Part shown: piece after piece, positions 11,202 to 20,793 of the stretch | Layout: the number at the start of each line of letters is the position of its first letter | Numbering within the stretch: position 1 is the first letter of the stretch | From: Verrucomicrobiota bacterium | GTDB taxonomy: Bacteria > Verrucomicrobiota > Verrucomicrobiia > Limisphaerales > CANJSG01 | Assembly: GCA_038209745.1 (NCBI GenBank) | Contig: JBBQXJ010000018.1 | Location: 1-60,948, forward strand | Direction: 5' to 3' | Length of the DNA stretch: 60,948 nucleotides | Program-made: the position numbers and the translations under genes | The notes under the pieces: model-generated | The model's database searches: none | Seen by the model: only the letters and a program-made list of their open reading frames with translations | What the model was told of the DNA's origin: nothing

Positions 11202-11431
11202 GCGTTCTTTGTGGGCGCGGGCTGCGAGGAAACGAGTGGGACGTGGCATGGGCGAGGAGGATGATCGCCGGGGATTCCTGGATGCGCGGCCGTTGTCGAC
11301 GGAAGCAATAACGGTGGGCGCCCGGATTTTGCCATGACGGCGATCATGGAGCGCGGCATGTCGATCCGGCGGGGCGGTGGATCTCAACCTTCCGCTTGCG
11401 GTCGTTGGCTGCGCCACTCACCTTTCGCCGC

Positions 11432-12382
11432 ATGGCCGCAACGTTGTCTCCCGCCGCATCCCCCGCCGGCCAGCGTTCCTTCGTGGATCCCGCCGCGCTG
11501 ATGCGGTTGAAGAATCTCGAACTTCGCGCCCGCGTCGTGGTGCAGGGTTTCTGGAGCGGGCTTCACCGGAGCCCCTACCATGGTTTCTCCGTCGAATTCA
11601 CCGAATACCGGCCGTATGTCGTGGGCGATGATCCGCGTTATCTCGACTGGCGGCTGATGGCGCGGACGGACCGCTACTACATCAAGAAGTTCGAGGACGA
11701 GACGAACCTGCCTTGCCACGTCCTGCTGGATCTGAGCCCGTCGATGGCCTTTGGCTCGGTCGGATACCGTAAGCGCGACTATGCCGCGACCTTGGCCGCG
11801 ACCTTCGCCCAGTTCCTCCACCAACAAGGGGACGCCGTGGGGTTGCTCAGTTTCGACGAGGGGATCCGCGACCACTTGCCCGCGCGGCATCGGCCGGGGC
11901 ATTTGCGGCAGCTGATGTTGGCGTTGGAAAAGCCTTCGGAAGCGAGAACCACCAGCCTCGACGCACCGTTGCGCCGGATCGTGGAACTGGTCCGAAGGCG
12001 GGGCTTGATGGTGGTGATCTCCGATCTGCTGGCCCCGATCGATCAATTGCAGAACAGCCTTGGCCATCTCGCGGCCTGCGGGCATGAAGTGGAAGTGTTC
12101 CAAGTGCTGGATCCGGCGGAGCTGACCTTCCAGTTCGGCAAGTCCGCGCGGTTCGAGGACATGGAGTCGGGGCTCGATCTCTACGTGGATCCGGCCGCGA
12201 TCCGTGAAACTTATCTGCAAGGAATGCGTCGCCATCAGGACGCGGCACGAGCGGCCTGCGAAACGCACGGCATCGCCTTCCATGTGGTGACCACGGACAA
12301 GCCGCTGGAACTGGCCCTGTTTGATTTCCTGCGCGACCGCGAACGGCGCGGACCGATCACGCGACGGAGCATCCGGAAGTAG
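11432..12382 (+). CDS. DUF58 family protein (MoxR-associated)
   Basis: G.HRS..HG.SVEF.EYR.Y..GDD.R..DW, KKFEDET, D.S.SM and ISD motifs. Confidence 0.93.
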   Translation: MAATLSPAASPAGQRSFVDPAALMRLKNLELRARVVVQGFWSGLHRSPYHGFSVEFTEYRPYVVGDDPRYLDWRLMARTDRYYIKKFEDETNLPCHVLLDLSPSMAFGSVGYRKRDYAATLAATFAQFLHQQGDAVGLLSFDEGIRDHLPARHRPGHLRQLMLALEKPSEARTTSLDAPLRRIVELVRRRGLMVVISDLLAPIDQLQNSLGHLAACGHEVEVFQVLDPAELTFQFGKSARFEDMESGLDLYVDPAAIRETYLQGMRRHQDAARAACETHGIAFHVVTTDKPLELALFDFLRDRERRGPITRRSIRK

Positions 12383-12395
12383 GACGCTGCTTTTG

Positions 12396-12541
12396 CCCGC
12401 AGACCACGCGGAAGACGCGGATGGAAGAAACCTTGGCCCGGAACAACCACAGATGAACACAGATCAACACAGATGGCCGACAGAGCGGGGTGGCTTTCGA
12501 TTGCGGGCCCTACCTTCCGTGTTTTCCGCGTGTTCCGTGGG
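12396..12541. repeat. Nested palindromic repeat: 9-mer-repeat inverted arms enclosing a half copy of the AACCACAGAT family (12445-12474)
   Basis: cccgcagaccacgcggaagacgcgga pairs imperfectly with ttccgtgttttccgcgtgttccgtggg; the inner aaccacagatgaacacagatcaacacagat matches 52595 and 58131. Confidence 0.75.
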
Positions 12542-12556
12542 TATCCTAGGTAGCCA

Positions 12557-14647
12557 ATGAACTTCCTCGCGCCACTCTTTCTCGCCGGAGCCGCGGCCAT
12601 CGCGCTGCCGATTCTGCTGCATCTCATCCGGCGCACGGAGCGGGCGCGGATCCCCTTCAGCTCGCTGATGTTCCTGAAGCAGACGCCGCCGACGGTCACG
12701 CGACGGAGCCGGCTGGAGAATCTGCTGCTGCTGCTGCTGCGGTGCCTGGCTTTCGCGCTGATCGCGCTCGCGTTTTCCCGGCCCTATTTCCAGCAGGCGA
12801 TGACCGCCGCCACCCCCGTCACCGAACGCCGCCGGACCGTCGTGCTGATCGACACCAGCGCCTCGATGCGGCGCGAGCCGCTTTGGTCGGACGCGGTGGC
12901 TGCGGCTCGGAAAGCCTTCGAGCAACCGGTCGATGAGCTGGCGGTGGTCGCTTTCGACCGTCAACCGCGCGTGTTGTTCGGCTTTCAACAATGGACCGCC
13001 GCTCCGTCCGGCAACCGGGCGGCCACGGCGCTCGGGGTTCTGGAGGACGTGAAGCCGGGCTGGACCGGCACCCATCTCGGCAACGCGCTGGTGCGGGCGG
13101 TCGAGATGCTGGAGGAGGGCACGGATCTGCCGACGCGGCGCCGGATCGTGCTGATCAGCGATCTCCAGGAAGGCGCGAGCCTCGACGGTTTGCAGGGCTT
13201 CGACTGGCCGGAAGGCGTGGAAGTGGAACTCGTGGCGCTCCAGCCGAGCGCCTTGGGCAATGCCAGCCTCCAGCCCATCGCCGACAGCTCGACCGCGACC
13301 GCGACCGCGACTGGTCCGGCGACGGCGTTGAAGGTGCGGCTGCACAACGCGGTGGATTCCAAGACCGATCAGTTCAAGCTCCGTCTCGAAGGGGATCCAC
13401 AGGCGGTCGACGCCTATGTGCCGGCGGGCCAGAGCCGGGTCGCCACCTTGGCCCTGACGAACCGCGTCGCCTCCACCAATGGTTCCGGAAAAGCGGTCGT
13501 GTTGACCGGCGATGCGCAGCCGTTCGACGATCAGTTGTTTCTCCAGCCGGAAAGCCAGGAGCGGCTGAAGGTCGTCTATCTGGGCGACGACGATCCCAAG
13601 GATTCGGCGGGTCAGCTCTATTATTTGCTGCGCGCGTTTCCAGAGTCGCGCCAGCGCCGGGTCGAGGTGGTCCGGATTCCGCTGAACCAGCCGTTGGTGG
13701 CGGCCGAGTTGCAGCAGGCGGCGATGATCGTGGTCGGCGGAGTTCTCGGAGAAGCTCAGTCCCAGACCGTCAAGGGAGTCCTGGAAGCAGGAGCCACGGT
13801 CCTGTGTCCCATGGTCTCGCCGGCTTCGGCCGCCGAGGTGGGTGCGCTGCTGGGGCAGGAGTGGCCGGCTTCGGCGGAAAACGGGACGCGCTACGGATTG
13901 CTCGGCCAGATCGATTTCCAGCACCCGCTCTTCGCGCCCTTCGCCGACGCGCGTTTCAGCGACTTCACCGGGATCCATTTCTGGAAGTATCGGAAGCTCG
14001 ATCTCTCGTCGATTCCGTCCGTGAACCTGCTGGCGAAGTTCGACACCGGAGAACCGGCGCTGGCCCAGATTCCGGTCGGAAGCGGGACATTGCTGGTCCT
14101 CGGCTCAACGTGGCGGCCGGCCGACAGCCAGTTGGCGCTGTCCTCGAAGTTCGTCCCGTTGCTGGGTGGGATGCTGGAGCTGGGCCGGACGCGGGCGCCG
14201 TTGGCCACCCAATTTGCCGTGGGCGACACGGTGCCGCTGCCGACCAACGGGGTCGGCGCTGTCGGATTGTCCGTGACGCTTCCCGATGGCAAGACGATGG
14301 CTCTGGGAGCGGGCGCGAGCCGGTTTTTGGCCACCGATCAGCCGGGATTCTACCGGGTGGCCGGCGCGGACAAGGTCTATGCGTTCGCCGTGAATCTCCC
14401 GCCGGAAGAGAGCCGGACGGCTCCCATGGCGGCGGACGTTCTGCCCAATCTCGGTGTGCCGGTGAAGGCACCGACTTCGACGTCTGTCCAACGGTCCGGC
14501 TCGACGAGCCAGACCACCCTGGCGGCGGTGGAACTTGAAAGCCGGCAGAAGGTCTGGCGCTGGTTGATTTTTGGGGCGTTGGGCGTCGTGGTGTTGGAGA
14601 CATGGGTGGCCGGACGACTGAGTCGGGTGACACCTGCAACCGCATGA
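12557..14647 (+). CDS. BatA/VWA domain membrane protein
   Basis: N-terminal MNFLAP..LPILLHL..FSSLMFL..LLLLLR BatA motif, DTSASM MIDAS, ISD, C-terminal W..L...E TM segment. Confidence 0.88.
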   Translation: MNFLAPLFLAGAAAIALPILLHLIRRTERARIPFSSLMFLKQTPPTVTRRSRLENLLLLLLRCLAFALIALAFSRPYFQQAMTAATPVTERRRTVVLIDTSASMRREPLWSDAVAAARKAFEQPVDELAVVAFDRQPRVLFGFQQWTAAPSGNRAATALGVLEDVKPGWTGTHLGNALVRAVEMLEEGTDLPTRRRIVLISDLQEGASLDGLQGFDWPEGVEVELVALQPSALGNASLQPIADSSTATATATGPATALKVRLHNAVDSKTDQFKLRLEGDPQAVDAYVPAGQSRVATLALTNRVASTNGSGKAVVLTGDAQPFDDQLFLQPESQERLKVVYLGDDDPKDSAGQLYYLLRAFPESRQRRVEVVRIPLNQPLVAAELQQAAMIVVGGVLGEAQSQTVKGVLEAGATVLCPMVSPASAAEVGALLGQEWPASAENGTRYGLLGQIDFQHPLFAPFADARFSDFTGIHFWKYRKLDLSSIPSVNLLAKFDTGEPALAQIPVGSGTLLVLGSTWRPADSQLALSSKFVPLLGGMLELGRTRAPLATQFAVGDTVPLPTNGVGAVGLSVTLPDGKTMALGAGASRFLATDQPGFYRVAGADKVYAFAVNLPPEESRTAPMAADVLPNLGVPVKAPTSTSVQRSGSTSQTTLAAVELESRQKVWRWLIFGALGVVVLETWVAGRLSRVTPATA

Positions 14648-14788
14648 GCGGAAAGAGAGTCATGATGAAGATGATCGAAAAAGCCCCGAATACTCGACCT
14701 GGCTCGGCCGCCGCCGGGAACGGTTCATTTTCGGTATGCGCGCAATCGATCGTTGCCGGCCCGGGCCGGCTGACACGGAGCCAATGAC

Positions 14789-17700
14789 ATGATCGACCCA
14801 AACCTTCGTCGCCATCTCGAACCGGTCCTTCGTCGCGTCCGTAGCGCCCGGTTCCTGCGACGGCTGATGGTGCTGTGGCTGGCGCTGGCCGGGGCGGCGG
14901 TTCTGGCCATCGGGATCGAGATCGTGGCGGGCATCAGCCTCAACGCCTTGGTGCCGGTGTTTCTCTTGGCCGGCGTCTTCGGGGTCCTCTACCTCGCGGT
15001 CAGCACGCAGTTCTGGACGCCGGATCTGCGGGGAATCGCCCGCCGGGTGGAACAGGCCAATCCGCAGCTGAACTCGATGTTGCTCACCGCCGTGGAGCAG
15101 AAGGCGGATCCGATCACCGGCGAATTCTCCTTCCTCCAGCTCCGCCTGGTCCGCGAAGCCGTCGGGGCCGCCATGGAGCACGATTGGTCGAAGTCCGTCA
15201 CGGGCCGGTCCTTGAATCTCTGGCGTCTCGGCCAGTTCGGCACGATGGGCGTCGCGGCCATCGCGGTCTGGATGCTCTATCTGAACACGTCGCCGGGCGC
15301 CTCGGGGAGCAAGTTGATGGCGCTGGTCCGGGGCATCGAAGTGACCCCGGGCAACGTGCGGGTGGAGAAGGGTTCGAGCCTCGTGGTGCTGGTCAGGTTC
15401 AGCGGCGCCGTGCCGCCCGAGGCGACTCTCGTCTATCAAACGGGCGCCAACACCAAGCGGATCGCGCTGTCCCGCAACCTGAGCGATCCCGTCTTCGGCG
15501 GGACGATTCCCGAGGTGAAGGAGGACGCGCTCTACCGCATCGAGTATCGCGGCAAGGCGACGGAGGATTACCGGGTCCAAACCTTCGAGCATCCCCGGCT
15601 GAACCGGGCCGATGCGGACATCCGCTTCCCGGCCTACACGCGGCTCGGCGAGAAGCAGGTGCCCGACACGCGTCGCATCAGCGCGGTAGAAGGTTCGGCC
15701 GTGAGTCTGGAGCTTCTCCTGAACAAGCAGGTCCGCACCGCGCAGTTGATCGGCCGCGACAAGTCGGTGGTGGATCTGGCCGTGGCGACGAACCGCGCGG
15801 CGGCCACGCTGACGAACTTCGCCCTGAACAAATCCCAAACCTACGAGTTGAACCTGGTCGATGCGGAAGGACTGACCAACAGGGTGCCAACCCAGTTCGT
15901 GCTGGAGGCGATCCCCAACCGTCCGCCGCAGACGAAGTGGATCTCGCCCAAGGGCGACCAGCGTCCGTCCGCGTTGCAGGAGCTCACCTTCTCCGCCGAG
16001 TCGCAGGACGACTTTGGGCTGATGGGCTACGGCTTCACCATCGATCTGCCGGACGGCACCCGGCGTGAAGTTCGCCTGGCCGGGACCAACGAGACGCCAG
16101 CCGACGCCGTGTCCGTGCTGGCGATGCCCTTGGTGGCGGGCGGAAACGAGAAGCGGACGTTTTCCGCGCCACTGTCGTTGGAAAAGGTGGGGGCCATGCC
16201 CTCCGACCTGCTCTCGTGGCACGTGTGGGCGGAGGACATTGGACCCGATGGATTGGTGCGGCGCACCGATGGCGACCTCTTCTTCGGCGAGGTTCGGCCC
16301 TTCGAGGAGATTTTCCGCCAAGCGCCTCCGCAGGATCCCAAGCAGCAGCAGCAACAGCAGCAACAACCGCAGGGCAGTCCGGCGTCGAAGCTGGCCGATC
16401 TGCAAAAACAGATCATCAACGCCACTTGGAAGCTGATCCGCGAAGAGACGGGCGCGAAGCCGTCGAAGAAATACGGGACCGATGTGGCCGTGGTGGCGGA
16501 TTCCCAGCAGAAGGCCCGTGAACAGGCGGGAGAACTCCCGGTGCGTCCGGGCGACGCGGCCCAGGAGCGTCTGGCGAAACAGGCCGTGCAAAGCATGGAC
16601 GAGGCGATCGGCCGATTGGACGAGGCCAAATCCGCGACGGCGAAGCTGACCGACGCGTTGGTCGCCGAGCGGGCCGCCTATCAGGCTCTGCTGAAGCTGG
16701 CGCCGAAGGAAACACAGGTCACCCAGGGTAAGGGCGGCGGCGGTGGCGGCGGTGGGCAAAGCCAGGAGCAGCTCGACCAATTGGAACTCAGCAAATCCGA
16801 GAACCGCTACGAGACCCGGTCACAGGCCCAGCAGCAGCGTTCACCGGAACAGCAGGAAAGTTTGGACCTGCTCAATCGATTGAAGGAATTGGCCGAGCGC
16901 CAGCAGGACATCAACGAGAAGCTGCAGGAGATGCAGAACGCCCTGGCCGCCGCCAAGACGGAGGAGGCCCGCGAGGAAGCCCGGCGCCAGCTCAAGCGGC
17001 TGCAGGAGGAGCAGCGCGACCTTTTGGCCGAGGCCGACGCCGCCCGCCAGCAGACCGAGCGTTCGGAGCAGCCCGACCGGTTCGCCCAGGAACGGAAGCA
17101 ACTCGAGCAGACCCGCGAGGACATGCAGAAGGCGTCCGATGCGTTGCAGAACCAGGAGGTTTCACGCGCCTTGTCATCCGGCACCCGCGCCGAGAGACAG
17201 CTCGCGGAAACACGGGACGAACTTCGCCGCCGATCCGCCGGACAGTTTACCGAGGAAATGCGCCGGATGCGCAGCGAGGCCCGGGATCTGGCCGAACGCC
17301 AGCAGCAGCTCACGCAGGCACTGGCGGGAGAAAAAGCCGAGACGCGGCGTTCGCTCAGCGACACCCCGGACACGTCCAAGCTTGAGCAGACCTTGGAACA
17401 ACAACGCTCTGGTCTGACGAATCTCGTGCAGCAGATGCGCGACATGACGCGCGAAGCCGAAGCGACCGAGCCCCTGTTGGCCAAGGGCCTCTACGAAACG
17501 CTCCGCGAACACCGACCGACGGAGGTCGAGCAGGAGTTCGACTTCGCGCGGCAGATGATCGAGCGAACCTTCAACCGCGAGGCCAGCCTCCTGACCGAAA
17601 AGACCGGCCGCAGCATCGACTCCTTGCGCAAGGGCGTGGAACGGGCCGCCGAGAACGTGCTGGGTGACGAAGCCGATTCGCTGCGCCAAGCCCAGAGCGA

Positions 17701-18616
17701 GATCGACGATCTGGCCCAGATGTTGCGCAACGAACTCGCAGCGGCCGGCCGTGGGACCAACGAACTGGCCGACGCTGGAACCGGGCAATCGGGTCAACCC
17801 CGGCAAGCCCCGGGTGCCGGCCAAAAGCCTTCCGACGAGCCCGGCCAACAGGGTCAACAGGCTGGGCAAGGGCAGCAAGGGCAGCAAGGGCAGCAAGGGC
17901 AAGGCGGTGCGGCCGGTAGCCAGGGCGAGCAGGCCAAAAATGGTCAACCGGGTGAGGAGCCAGGCCAGCAACCCGGACAACAGGGCAAGGGCGGACAGGA
18001 TCGCAAGGGCAAGGAAGGCCAAGGTGGCCAAGGTGGTCGGCAAGCCTCGACTCCCGGTCAAGGAAAAGGCCAAGGGGCCGGCCAGTCGGATCAGCCCTCG
18101 GATCAACGCGGACAAGGTTCCCAGCCGGGCCGTGGCCAGGGTCAGGGTCAGGGTCAGGGTCAGGGTCAGACCGCCGGCGGTGGACGGAGTGGCGGCGGCG
18201 GTCAGCAGGCCAACGATTTCAGCCGACTCTTCAATCAGAACAACCAGGGCGGCTCCGAAGGCGGCGGCAACGGCGGCGGCCCCATCACCGGGGAAGGCTA
18301 CCGCGACTGGGTTCGGCGTTTGAGCAATGTGGAAGAGATGGTCGGCGAACCGCAGCTGCGGGAGGAACTCGCCCGCGTCCGCGACCGCGTCCGTGGTTTC
18401 CGGACGGAATTCCGCAACGGCGAGACCAAGCCGCATTGGGACATGGTGTCCGACACCGTCCTCAAGCCCCTCCTCGAAGTCCGCGCCCGCGTGGCCGAGG
18501 AACTGGCCAAGAAACAGTCCCGCGAAGCCGTCGTGCCCATCGACCGCGACCCCGTTCCGGTCCGCTACTCCGAAGCCGTCCGCAAATACTACGAACGCCT
18601 CGGCAAAGAGGAGTGA
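14789..18616 (+). CDS. Large membrane-anchored coiled-coil protein with Gly/Gln-rich tail (DUF4175-like)
   Basis: N-terminal TM helices, DDFGL motif, long Q/E-rich coiled coil, terminal DPVP.RY...VR.YYERL; follows DUF58/BatA. Confidence 0.8.
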   Translation: MIDPNLRRHLEPVLRRVRSARFLRRLMVLWLALAGAAVLAIGIEIVAGISLNALVPVFLLAGVFGVLYLAVSTQFWTPDLRGIARRVEQANPQLNSMLLTAVEQKADPITGEFSFLQLRLVREAVGAAMEHDWSKSVTGRSLNLWRLGQFGTMGVAAIAVWMLYLNTSPGASGSKLMALVRGIEVTPGNVRVEKGSSLVVLVRFSGAVPPEATLVYQTGANTKRIALSRNLSDPVFGGTIPEVKEDALYRIEYRGKATEDYRVQTFEHPRLNRADADIRFPAYTRLGEKQVPDTRRISAVEGSAVSLELLLNKQVRTAQLIGRDKSVVDLAVATNRAAATLTNFALNKSQTYELNLVDAEGLTNRVPTQFVLEAIPNRPPQTKWISPKGDQRPSALQELTFSAESQDDFGLMGYGFTIDLPDGTRREVRLAGTNETPADAVSVLAMPLVAGGNEKRTFSAPLSLEKVGAMPSDLLSWHVWAEDIGPDGLVRRTDGDLFFGEVRPFEEIFRQAPPQDPKQQQQQQQQPQGSPASKLADLQKQIINATWKLIREETGAKPSKKYGTDVAVVADSQQKAREQAGELPVRPGDAAQERLAKQAVQSMDEAIGRLDEAKSATAKLTDALVAERAAYQALLKLAPKETQVTQGKGGGGGGGGQSQEQLDQLELSKSENRYETRSQAQQQRSPEQQESLDLLNRLKELAERQQDINEKLQEMQNALAAAKTEEAREEARRQLKRLQEEQRDLLAEADAARQQTERSEQPDRFAQERKQLEQTREDMQKASDALQNQEVSRALSSGTRAERQLAETRDELRRRSAGQFTEEMRRMRSEARDLAERQQQLTQALAGEKAETRRSLSDTPDTSKLEQTLEQQRSGLTNLVQQMRDMTREAEATEPLLAKGLYETLREHRPTEVEQEFDFARQMIERTFNREASLLTEKTGRSIDSLRKGVERAAENVLGDEADSLRQAQSEIDDLAQMLRNELAAAGRGTNELADAGTGQSGQPRQAPGAGQKPSDEPGQQGQQAGQGQQGQQGQQGQGGAAGSQGEQAKNGQPGEEPGQQPGQQGKGGQDRKGKEGQGGQGGRQASTPGQGKGQGAGQSDQPSDQRGQGSQPGRGQGQGQGQGQGQTAGGGRSGGGGQQANDFSRLFNQNNQGGSEGGGNGGGPITGEGYRDWVRRLSNVEEMVGEPQLREELARVRDRVRGFRTEFRNGETKPHWDMVSDTVLKPLLEVRARVAEELAKKQSREAVVPIDRDPVPVRYSEAVRKYYERLGKEE
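18138..18169 (+). repeat. Coding tandem repeat (CAGGGT)n encoding GQ repeats; CAAGGGCAG repeats also near 17867-17903
   Basis: cagggtcagggtcagggtcagggtcagggtcag read directly. Confidence 0.85.
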
Positions 18617-18634
18617 TCGGGTCGAAGCAGATTG

Positions 18635-18659
18635 GAGGCGAACTCCCGTCCGCCTCTAC
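18635..18659 (-). repeat. GTAG-type REP-like hairpin
   Basis: The reverse complement begins GTAGAGGCG and forms an imperfect stem gaggcg..cgcctc. Confidence 0.45.
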
Positions 18660-18737
18660 GGGGCCGTTCTCGTCTTGGCGTCCCCCTTCAATTCGTCACT
18701 GGATTCGATCCGGGCGGCTTCCTAGTGTTTCCCCCGC

Positions 18738-19811
18738 TTGAAACCCGACACCTCGCACCCGACGCCGGCGCAGCTCGGCTACCACATGCCCGCCGAATGG
18801 GAGCCGCACGCCGGCACCTGGTTCACTTGGCCGCGGCGGGAGGGCATCAGCTTCCCGGATAAATACGACACCGTTCCGCCCGTCTACGCCGCGCTGATCA
18901 AGGAACTGGTCCAAGTGGAGGACGTGAACATCAACGTCTGGCACGTGGAGATGGAGCAATGGGTGCGTGGCCTTTTGGCGAAGGACGGCGTGCCGCTGGA
19001 CCGGGTCCACTTCCACCATTTCCCCGCCTACGAACCCTGGTGCCGCGACCACGGTCCGATCTTCCTCGTCCGCGACGATGGCAGGGCGGACCCGCCGGTT
19101 CGCCAACGCGCCGTGGTGGATTGGGACTACAACGCCTGGGGCGGGAAGTATCCGCCCTATGACCTGGACGACGCGGTCCCGCAACATGTGGCCAAGCTGC
19201 GCGGGCTGCCGCTCTTCTCCCCCGGCATCGTCTTGGAAGGCGGTTCCATCGAGGTGAACGGCTGCGGCACCGTCCTCACGACCGAGGCGTGTCTGCTGAA
19301 TCCGAACCGCAATCCGGAGCTCTCCAAGGCCCAGATCGAGCGGTATTTGAAGGACTATCTCGGCGCGACGAACATCCTCTGGCTGGGCGACGGCATCGTG
19401 GGCGACGACACGGACGGCCACATCGACGACCTGTCGCGCTTCGTCAATCCGACCACGATCGTCACCGTGGTGGAGGCGGATCGGCTGGATGAGAATTTCC
19501 CCATGCTGGACGAGAACCTGAAGCGGCTCCGGACGCTCACGGACCAGGAGGGCCAACCGTTCCGCATCGTGGAGCTGCCCATGCCCGGCCGGGTGGAACA
19601 GGACGGGCAACGGCTGCCCGCCAGCTACGCCAACTTCTACGTCGCCAACCAGCGCGTCCTCGTCCCGACCTACCGGAATCCGCAGGACGAGGTCGCCCTC
19701 GAAATCCTCCGGCGCGAGTTCCCGGACCGGAAGGTCGTGGGGATCGATTCCATGGAACTCATCTGGGGTTTGGGCTCCTTCCACTGCATCAGCCAGCAGG
19801 AGCCGGTGTGA
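18738..19811 (+). CDS. Agmatine deiminase / peptidyl-arginine deiminase family protein
   Basis: MPAEWEPH, WCRDHGP, LEGGSI, DTDGHID, ASYANF and GSFHCISQQ motifs. Confidence 0.93.
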   Translation: MKPDTSHPTPAQLGYHMPAEWEPHAGTWFTWPRREGISFPDKYDTVPPVYAALIKELVQVEDVNINVWHVEMEQWVRGLLAKDGVPLDRVHFHHFPAYEPWCRDHGPIFLVRDDGRADPPVRQRAVVDWDYNAWGGKYPPYDLDDAVPQHVAKLRGLPLFSPGIVLEGGSIEVNGCGTVLTTEACLLNPNRNPELSKAQIERYLKDYLGATNILWLGDGIVGDDTDGHIDDLSRFVNPTTIVTVVEADRLDENFPMLDENLKRLRTLTDQEGQPFRIVELPMPGRVEQDGQRLPASYANFYVANQRVLVPTYRNPQDEVALEILRREFPDRKVVGIDSMELIWGLGSFHCISQQEPV

Positions 19812-19861
19812 GGGAGTTTGCTCTGGTTTCCGTCTGAAGGCTCCTTCCACTATCCCGCGCC

Positions 19862-20668
19862 ATGAGACAACTCGTCACCAAGCTGTCGCGCTCGGCCGTG
19901 CTCCGGAAACTGGTCCGGTCGCTCCGGCTCAATCGGCTGGGCAACGCTTGGCTCCGAAAGTTTCCGAGCATCAAGACGCTGCCGGGTTCCGGGATTCGGT
20001 ATCGGGCGACGCGCTTGGAGAGCATTCCGCTGGCGGTGGAGATGTTGGAGAAGAACGCGCTGTATGATGCCAGCCTTCTTCCGAAGGGATTCACCACCTT
20101 CGTCGATCTCGGCTGCAACGTGGGCTATTTCAGCTGTTGGTTGATGCACCTGGCTGAAGGACGAAAAGTAAAAGGCCTGATGGTGGACGCAAATCCCGAG
20201 GCGGTCAGCGAGGCGGCGTGGCATGCGCAGGCCAACGGCATGGCCGACTTGCACGGGTTGAACGGGATCGTCGGAGAGGGAGTCGTCGGGTCGGAAGCCG
20301 AGTTCTACCTCTACGAGTCGAACATCTGCTCCACCAGCCATCTGCCCGACATCCAAGTCATGGGATTGACAGGCGAATGGAAAAAAATCCGGGTGCCGTG
20401 CCTGAGCATCACCGACGAATGGTCGCGGCGATTCGGACGCGAGCGCTGCCACGTTTTGAAACTGGACGTCGAGGGGTCCGAGCTGCGGTTTCTGCGAGCC
20501 GAGGCTTCGTTTCTCGAATTGTGCGACTCGGTTCTGGTGGAGTGGCACAAATGGGAAGTTGGCTTTTCCGAACTGTCTTCGGTTTTAGGGGAAAAGGGAT
20601 TCCGGCACGTCAAGACCTTGGAGGAAGGGGAGCAGATGGGGACCGCGTTCTTTGGCCGAGGCAATTAG
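19862..20668 (+). CDS. FkbM family methyltransferase
   Basis: VDLGCNVG, LKLDVEGSE and VEWH motifs. Confidence 0.85.
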   Translation: MRQLVTKLSRSAVLRKLVRSLRLNRLGNAWLRKFPSIKTLPGSGIRYRATRLESIPLAVEMLEKNALYDASLLPKGFTTFVDLGCNVGYFSCWLMHLAEGRKVKGLMVDANPEAVSEAAWHAQANGMADLHGLNGIVGEGVVGSEAEFYLYESNICSTSHLPDIQVMGLTGEWKKIRVPCLSITDEWSRRFGRERCHVLKLDVEGSELRFLRAEASFLELCDSVLVEWHKWEVGFSELSSVLGEKGFRHVKTLEEGEQMGTAFFGRGN

Positions 20669-20793
20669 ATTCATGGATCGGGACGGCTACGGCAGATGGG
20701 GTTACGCCACGAAATCGAATAAAGATTTGAAGATTTGAATCGACATGCCTCGATCAGTTGGTAAGCCATTCACTACCAATCAAGGAGGAAATC

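Noticed and set aside
17780..18290. Gly/Gln-rich repeats as a contingency locus
   Set aside because: The units are 6 and 9 nt, so frame-preserving; low-complexity tails are usual for this protein type.
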